64,000 bases of DNA from positions 256,001-320,000 of the forward strand of contig DASCPX010000070.1 of assembly GCA_036012755.1 (NCBI GenBank), in the 5' to 3' direction. Position numbers and translations under genes: made by a program. Below the pieces are notes generated by a model. That model was not told the origin of the DNA, ran no database searches, and saw nothing but the letters and a program-made list of their open reading frames with translations. Below are positions 58,991 through 64,000 of the stretch, one piece after another; the stretch's first letter is position 1; every line of letters begins with the position of its first letter. The DNA is from Myxococcota bacterium. GTDB lineage: Bacteria; Myxococcota_A; UBA796; CAJQPC01.

Positions 58991-60754
58991 GTGCTTGCAC
59001 TGACGCTGATCCCCGTTGCGCTGGCCGAGCCGCTGTCTCCACTGCCGGCGGACACCCGCCTGCTCGAGGTCCAGCGTCACGAGGAGTTCGCGCGCTGGCA
59101 CCTCGAGGTGCCCGAGCGGGACTTCTGGCTGGAGCTCACCGCCGACGATGGCGGAGAGCCCGTCTGCCGTGACGGTGGCTGGGCGCTCTGGGTGCGGTTG
59201 GACCTCGAGGACCACAGCGAGTCCTTCGACTGGGAGCCACTCCCCGCCGTAGTCGACCAGGCCTGTGCGGATCTCCCGGCTCTGGCCGAGCCGGCCGCAG
59301 AGGAGCCTGTCCTCCCCACCGCCGAGGGGGGCTGGCGGCCCCGGGCGCTCTCGCTGGTGTTCCTGGGCTGGTTCCTGGCGGCGCTCGTCGCGCTCCCGAG
59401 GACCCGCGAGGCGATCGGCGCCTTCGTCATGGCGCTGGGCGTGCGCGTGGCCCTGTCGCGGACCTCGCTCCTCCTCGGCGGAGACGCCGCATACGAGCGA
59501 CTGCTCACGGCCCGGGGGCACTTCGACCCCGATCTCTACTACGGAGAGGGCTGGGCCGCGGTGATGGGTCCCCTCTCTTTTGCCTTCGGCGACCCCCCGG
59601 GCCTGGTCCACGGCATGAACGTCCTGTTCTCCGCGCTCGCCGTACCGCTCCTGGTGGCGCTGATGGCGAGCCTCGGAGCCACGCGAGCCGAGCGCTACGC
59701 CGCGGGGGTGCTCCTGGCTCTCAGTCCGCTGGCGATCTCCCTCGCCGGGAGCGAGGTCCACTTCGTCCTCGTCGCCACCTTGCAGATAGGCGCCTTGCTC
59801 GGCGCGATGCGGAACGACCGGCTCGGCGAGGTCCTGGCGGTCTGCTCCATCGGGCTGCTCGTCCACACGCGCCCACTCCAGGGTGTGTTCGTCCTGGTAC
59901 CGCTCTTCCTCCTCGCCAGGAACCGGCGGTGGCTCGGGTTGGGCCTGGCGCTGGCCTTGGTCGGCTGGCGCGTCCAGCAGCTCCTGAGTCTGCCAGGGGG
60001 TGTCGGAGGGGGTGTCATCGACTGGTCTCGCTACCTCGAGTTGGGTTTCCTGGTCCGGCTGATCGCACCCGGTGAGCGGGCCGTGGACCTCGCGTTGAAC
60101 TGGAATGTCACGCCCTTCATGGTTCCGCTGCTCGCGGTGGCCGGGCTCTGGGCGACGCTGCGCCGAGAGCGCTGGACTGCTGCACTGGTGCCCGCCGTGG
60201 CTGGGCTTCTCGCCTTCCTTCCCTACGCGCCGAAGGAGTTCCCCTTCGCTGACCCGCTGCGCTTCCAGCTGCCGGTCCAGACCTGGTGGATCGCGCTGGC
60301 TGGTTTCGGGCTCGGGCTGGCCTGGACGTGGCGCCCGAGCCGCCTCCTCCCGATCCTCGCAGTGCTCGTGGCGAGCATCGTCGTCGCCCGCCAGCCCCAC
60401 CCGCGCTGGGTCTGGGAGTCGGAGTACATCTTCCTGCGGCGAGAGGCCCACCGGCTCGGCGAGGACGCCCGGGTCTTCATGAACCCGGAGCAAGATCCCC
60501 ACGGCCACATGCGGACCTTCCTCTCGCTCACCAGGCCGCCCACCTTCCTGTCCGGGCAGCCCGAGGCCGAGGACTACGTCTACCGGGGCACTGCGGACCG
60601 ACACCCCGGAGCGACATGGCCCTTCGAGCGCTGTGTCGTCGAGCCCGTCGCCGTGGAGAACGTGCCGCCGGCGACCGACGGCTGGGTGGACCTCGGCCCC
60701 GATCTCGTCGAGCTCGGGCTCTACCGCGTCATCTCCTGCCCGAGCGCGGGCTGA
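58991..60754 (+). CDS. Polytopic membrane protein, possibly GT-C glycosyltransferase-like
   Basis: Signal peptide, small soluble domain, 10 or more TM helices, LALSP, HTRP, PLRF. Confidence 0.6.
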   Translation: MLALTLIPVALAEPLSPLPADTRLLEVQRHEEFARWHLEVPERDFWLELTADDGGEPVCRDGGWALWVRLDLEDHSESFDWEPLPAVVDQACADLPALAEPAAEEPVLPTAEGGWRPRALSLVFLGWFLAALVALPRTREAIGAFVMALGVRVALSRTSLLLGGDAAYERLLTARGHFDPDLYYGEGWAAVMGPLSFAFGDPPGLVHGMNVLFSALAVPLLVALMASLGATRAERYAAGVLLALSPLAISLAGSEVHFVLVATLQIGALLGAMRNDRLGEVLAVCSIGLLVHTRPLQGVFVLVPLFLLARNRRWLGLGLALALVGWRVQQLLSLPGGVGGGVIDWSRYLELGFLVRLIAPGERAVDLALNWNVTPFMVPLLAVAGLWATLRRERWTAALVPAVAGLLAFLPYAPKEFPFADPLRFQLPVQTWWIALAGFGLGLAWTWRPSRLLPILAVLVASIVVARQPHPRWVWESEYIFLRREAHRLGEDARVFMNPEQDPHGHMRTFLSLTRPPTFLSGQPEAEDYVYRGTADRHPGATWPFERCVVEPVAVENVPPATDGWVDLGPDLVELGLYRVISCPSAG

Positions 60755-60757
60755 GGA

Positions 60758-61300
60758 CTACCACCTGCGGCTGACGACGAGGCTGCGGGGTCCGGCGGAG
60801 ACGGCGAGAGTACGGTCCGTCGTGTGCAGGGTCGGGACCAGCTATCCGATCGTCCCACCCAGCAAGGCGCCGGCGAGGACATCGGTGGGGTGGTGTACGC
60901 CGGCGCCGAGGGCGGTGTAGGGCCGAGGCCGGTCCACCGCGAGCTTCAGCGAGGTCGTCGCGAACTGGTTCAGCGCGAAGGACTCGACCACCAGAAAAGC
61001 GCGGGTGTGGGCACCTTCGCGGTCCAGCGCCCCGTCTGCGATGGCGAGCCCCAAGCCCGCACCTATCGAGCCATAGAGCAGCACATCTGAGGTCGTGTCG
61101 AAGGAGGCGTCGTAGTGCGCCGCGACGAGAGCGTCCGGACCCGCAGGGCTTGCAACGGCGCCAGCCGGAGTGAGGCCGTCCTCGACGTTGGCGTACATGA
61201 GGAACCACACGCCGCCCGAACCCAGGGTGATGGGCACATCGACCGCAGGATCCCAGCTGAAGGTGGGCTCGGAGGCCATGGCGATCGTCGTCAACCACAT
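60758..61300 (-). pseudogene. PAP2-family phosphatase with internal deletion and in-frame TAG (60842-60844)
   Basis: KLAVDRPRP joined almost directly to AGVHHPTDV; SGH motif missing; frame continues LVPTLH after the TAG. Confidence 0.7.
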
Positions 61301-61367
61301 CATCTGGGGCACCTGCGGCTTGTTGGTCGAGTCCGGTTATCGTGCGCCGGAAGAGCCTGGGAGCGCC

Positions 61368-61685
61368 GTGCTGCTGTCCGCCTTGCTCGCTTGTACCCCA
61401 GGGGGTGGCGAGTGCTCGACCCTCGAGCAGCCGGACCGCGACTACTGCTACTCCGATCGCATCGAGAGCATGGGTCCGGAGGAGCTCGACGCGGTTCGAG
61501 AGGTGGTGCTTGCGATCGAGGATCCGCTCGTGCGAGAGGCCAGCGTGCTCGCCTGGCTCGGAGTGCATGCCGACTCGGTGCCGCTCGAGGAGGCGGAGTC
61601 GCTCTGCGCTGTCTCGGGCGGCGAGGACAGCTGGCTCTGCAAGCGTCGGCTCCACGCTGCCCACCTGAGGCGCGAGGAGCATTGA
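61368..61685 (+). CDS. Small Cys-rich putative lipoprotein
   Basis: VLLSALLAC; 5 Cys. Confidence 0.6.
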   Translation: MLLSALLACTPGGGECSTLEQPDRDYCYSDRIESMGPEELDAVREVVLAIEDPLVREASVLAWLGVHADSVPLEEAESLCAVSGGEDSWLCKRRLHAAHLRREEH

Positions 61686-62269
61686 TCGAGCTCCTGGTCG
61701 CCTGCGGTGCACAGTCAGAGGTCGTGGACCCTGCTGCGGCCGTGCGCGCCGCTGGGCCCTCGGAGTGCGCCCAATACGCTGGCAACGAGGCGACATGGTC
61801 CCTCTGCATCGCGGACGGTGCCCGCATCATCAGCGCGGTCGCGGAGGCGCGCACCCGCTGTGACCTGGCTGGCGTCTTCGACAAGGAGTGCGAGTCCTCG
61901 TGGATCGGCAGCGCGATGCGGCGGGGCACGCCCGTCGAGGACATCCTCGGCTTCTGCAGGGACGACGAGTGCAGGCTGCTGGTGCTCGACGCCTCGGGGC
62001 TCCCCTGGCCCGAGCGCCTGCCTATCTGCAGGGAAGCCGGCCGGTTTGCCGAGGACTGCGCCCGCCATGTCTTGCAGGACTGGAAGGAAGCCGAGCCCTC
62101 GCTGGAGGACGTCGAGGTGTTGATGGCGGTCGATCGTGGCTACCCGAAGTCCGTCGGGGACTGGAGCGAGCTCGCGCTCGTCCAGCTGGGCCTCGACTGT
62201 GACTCCGTGGTGGACACCGCGACGCCCGCCAACCTCGAGTCCTGCAGGATCGCCGCCAGGTCTCGCTGA
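61682..62269 (+). CDS. Cys-rich putative lipoprotein
   Basis: LIELLVAC with TTGA overlap; paired Cys throughout. Confidence 0.6.
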   Translation: MIELLVACGAQSEVVDPAAAVRAAGPSECAQYAGNEATWSLCIADGARIISAVAEARTRCDLAGVFDKECESSWIGSAMRRGTPVEDILGFCRDDECRLLVLDASGLPWPERLPICREAGRFAEDCARHVLQDWKEAEPSLEDVEVLMAVDRGYPKSVGDWSELALVQLGLDCDSVVDTATPANLESCRIAARSR

Positions 62270-62280
62270 GAGTGGGATCG

Positions 62281-62865
62281 ATGGCGATCGCGAGTGCCCC
62301 TGACGAACGGCTCCGCTTCTCTGATCTCTTCAACCTCGCTGGCGCCCTGACGCTCGCGCGCATTCCCCTGGCTGTCGTCACGGCCTTCACGATGCACGAC
62401 CGTCGCTTGTTCGCGCTGGTCTTCACCCTGGCGATGCTCAGCGATGTCCTCGACGGCCCGGTCGCGCGGTGGAGGGGGACCTGCTCCCGGACCGGCGCCG
62501 TCGCTGATGGCTGGGCAGACAAGATCTTCCTGATCAACTACGCGTGGTCGATGCAGATGCTCGGGCTCATCGAGCCCTGGCACATGGTCATGTGGTTCGT
62601 TCGCGAGATCATCCAGGGGGCCTTCGTGCCGCTGGTGGCCTTGCGGTACGCCTTCAAGACCGCCCCGAACCCCGAGCCGCATCCAGCGGGCCAGGCAGCC
62701 ACGCTCTTGATCGGCATGGCGATCATCGCGGCGCTCGTCGAGGTGACGCCCGTGCGCGACGCCGCGACCATCGCGGCGCTGGGACTCGGGTCGGGGGTAG
62801 CCCTCCACTACTTCAGGCGCGATCGGCCATGGGAGCGCTGGGGGAGGGCGCCGGCTCCTCGCTGA
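62281..62865 (+). CDS. CDP-alcohol phosphatidyltransferase family protein
   Basis: LTLARI, SDVLDGPVAR..TGAVADGWADK. Confidence 0.9.
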   Translation: MAIASAPDERLRFSDLFNLAGALTLARIPLAVVTAFTMHDRRLFALVFTLAMLSDVLDGPVARWRGTCSRTGAVADGWADKIFLINYAWSMQMLGLIEPWHMVMWFVREIIQGAFVPLVALRYAFKTAPNPEPHPAGQAATLLIGMAIIAALVEVTPVRDAATIAALGLGSGVALHYFRRDRPWERWGRAPAPR

Positions 62866-63835
62866 CCAGGCGGAAGCCGACGAAGCTGGAGCGGAAGTTG
62901 GGGTCCAGGCCCGAGCGGCTGGCCAGCCGCAGGTCGTCCTCGTCGGCGAGTGAGACACCCATCACGGGCCAGTGCGGGTCCCAGTCCTCGGGCAGGATCC
63001 ACCGGCTGCCGTCGTGCTCCCAGTAGGGAAGGAGCTTCCCATGCAGCCCGGCCTCGCCAGGAACGAGACTCCGAGCCTCATCGAGGGGGAGGTCGTCGAG
63101 GAACTCGCGCCAGGCGGCGGAGGTCACGGGGGTCTCCTGCACGAAGCGATCGCCCAGGGTGGGCTCACAGGACTCCAGGGCGCCCCGGGCGAGTGGGTCA
63201 CCGCTGACGACGAAGCTGCGGAGCGGGCCTCGTCCCCCCACTCGCCAGCCGAGCATGCGAGCGACGGGATCCCCGCCCATGTGGAAGGGGCTCGCTGGCA
63301 TGTGGACGAAGCCGTCGCCGACCTGCTCGGGTCTGAAGAGGCGCACCTCTCCCCTGTGGTGCTGCTGCCGGCGCAGGGCCAGCGAGTAGCGGACGGTCGT
63401 GTAGCCCTCGGCGCCCACCTCGATCAGCCAGGGGCCCGGCTCGAGCTCCAGGCGGGTCAGGGGCATCTCGAGCGAGTGGACCTCGACGGGGACCAGTCGC
63501 CGCTGCCGCAGCTCGAAGCGGTGCAGGCGGGCCAGGGCGGGGACCTGACAGCTGAGACTGAGGCGTCCACCGCCCTCGAGCAGGCGCGCGTCCCGGGCCT
63601 GCTCCCCCCGATCCGGCCTGGCGATCTTCACCGCGACGTCCCGCTCCAACAGCGGGTCCCGCGCCCTGAAGACCCAGCCCATCGAGCCCCTCCCGAGGAC
63701 GCTCAGCGGCTCCAGCCCCAGCGCTGCCGGGAAGGGGGGTGACTCGGTGCCCTCCCACCGGGCCAGCAAGCGGTAGAGCCACTGGCGGCTCACCCCGAGG
63801 GCCTTCGCGCTGCGGAAGTGCTCCGGGAGCAGCAC
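62813..63835 (-). pseudogene. Telescoped remnant: Fis-type HTH + kinase N-lobe + PEGA-like + FGE-sulfatase fragments
   Basis: AKALGVSRQWLYRLL; LGRGSMGWV..VAVK with no HRD/DFG; FHMGGD, TPVT, PVMGVS, VGFRL. Confidence 0.65.
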
Positions 63836-64000
63836 CGAGCTGCGGCGGCCGAGCGCTCGCCGAGGGCCTTGTCCAGCAGGTGCTCGGCGAGGGCGGGCAC
63901 GTCTTGGCTTCGGGCCCGCAGGGGAGGCACGTTGAGCACGCAGGCGGCGAGTCGGTAGTAGAGGTCGTCGCGGAAGGTCTCCCGGTCCTCTTCCAGCGGC
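63836..64000 (-). CDS. Sigma-54 activator AAA domain fragment (partial at window edge)
   Basis: FRDDLYYRL..LNVPPLRARSQDVPALAEHLL. Confidence 0.8.

Noticed and set aside
60842..60844. In-frame TAG in the PAP2 gene as pyrrolysine or recoding
   Set aside because: Context G*LVP fits a TGG>TAG change in an already deleted gene; other genes here use TAG as a normal stop

Overview
High-GC bacterial genome segment, most likely Myxococcota or a related deltaproteobacterial lineage (three MYXO-CTERM-like C-termini, Hanks kinases, several sigma-54 activators). Scattered single-base frameshifts, at least two in short G/C runs, suggest an unpolished long-read assembly. 1-33 kb is mixed housekeeping and envelope genes: SWIM-SNF2 ATPase, Ser/Thr kinase, xth, a TGS1-like methyltransferase, PP2C, AAA ATPase, a cNMP/acetoacetate-decarboxylase-like fusion, an M16 peptidase pair, ArsR-methyltransferase/metH, S8 protease, MFS, THUMP methyltransferase, three paralogous lipoproteins, a radical SAM enzyme and nrdJ. 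33.4-55 kb looks like a low-oxygen/redox island with several sigma-54 promoters. It holds an alginate-export-type porin, selenocysteine-containing selD (UGA plus SECIS), two 4-Cys PAS-LuxR regulators, a decayed cytochrome c/EB_dh cluster, hemY, hemN, a CrtU-like oxidoreductase, a NorC/NorB-like heme-copper pair with a non-canonical active site, a B12 radical SAM gene followed by had-oah-dch, Crp/Fnr and CBS. 55-64 kb has gene remnants and envelope genes. Best candidates for novelty: the atypical NorBC-like enzyme with its Cys-PAS regulator, window-wide ultra-short signal peptides with leaderless promoters, and the bacterial TGS1-like methyltransferase. No CRISPR array, rRNA, tRNA or intact transposase was recognised. 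All calls are by eye; no searches were run.
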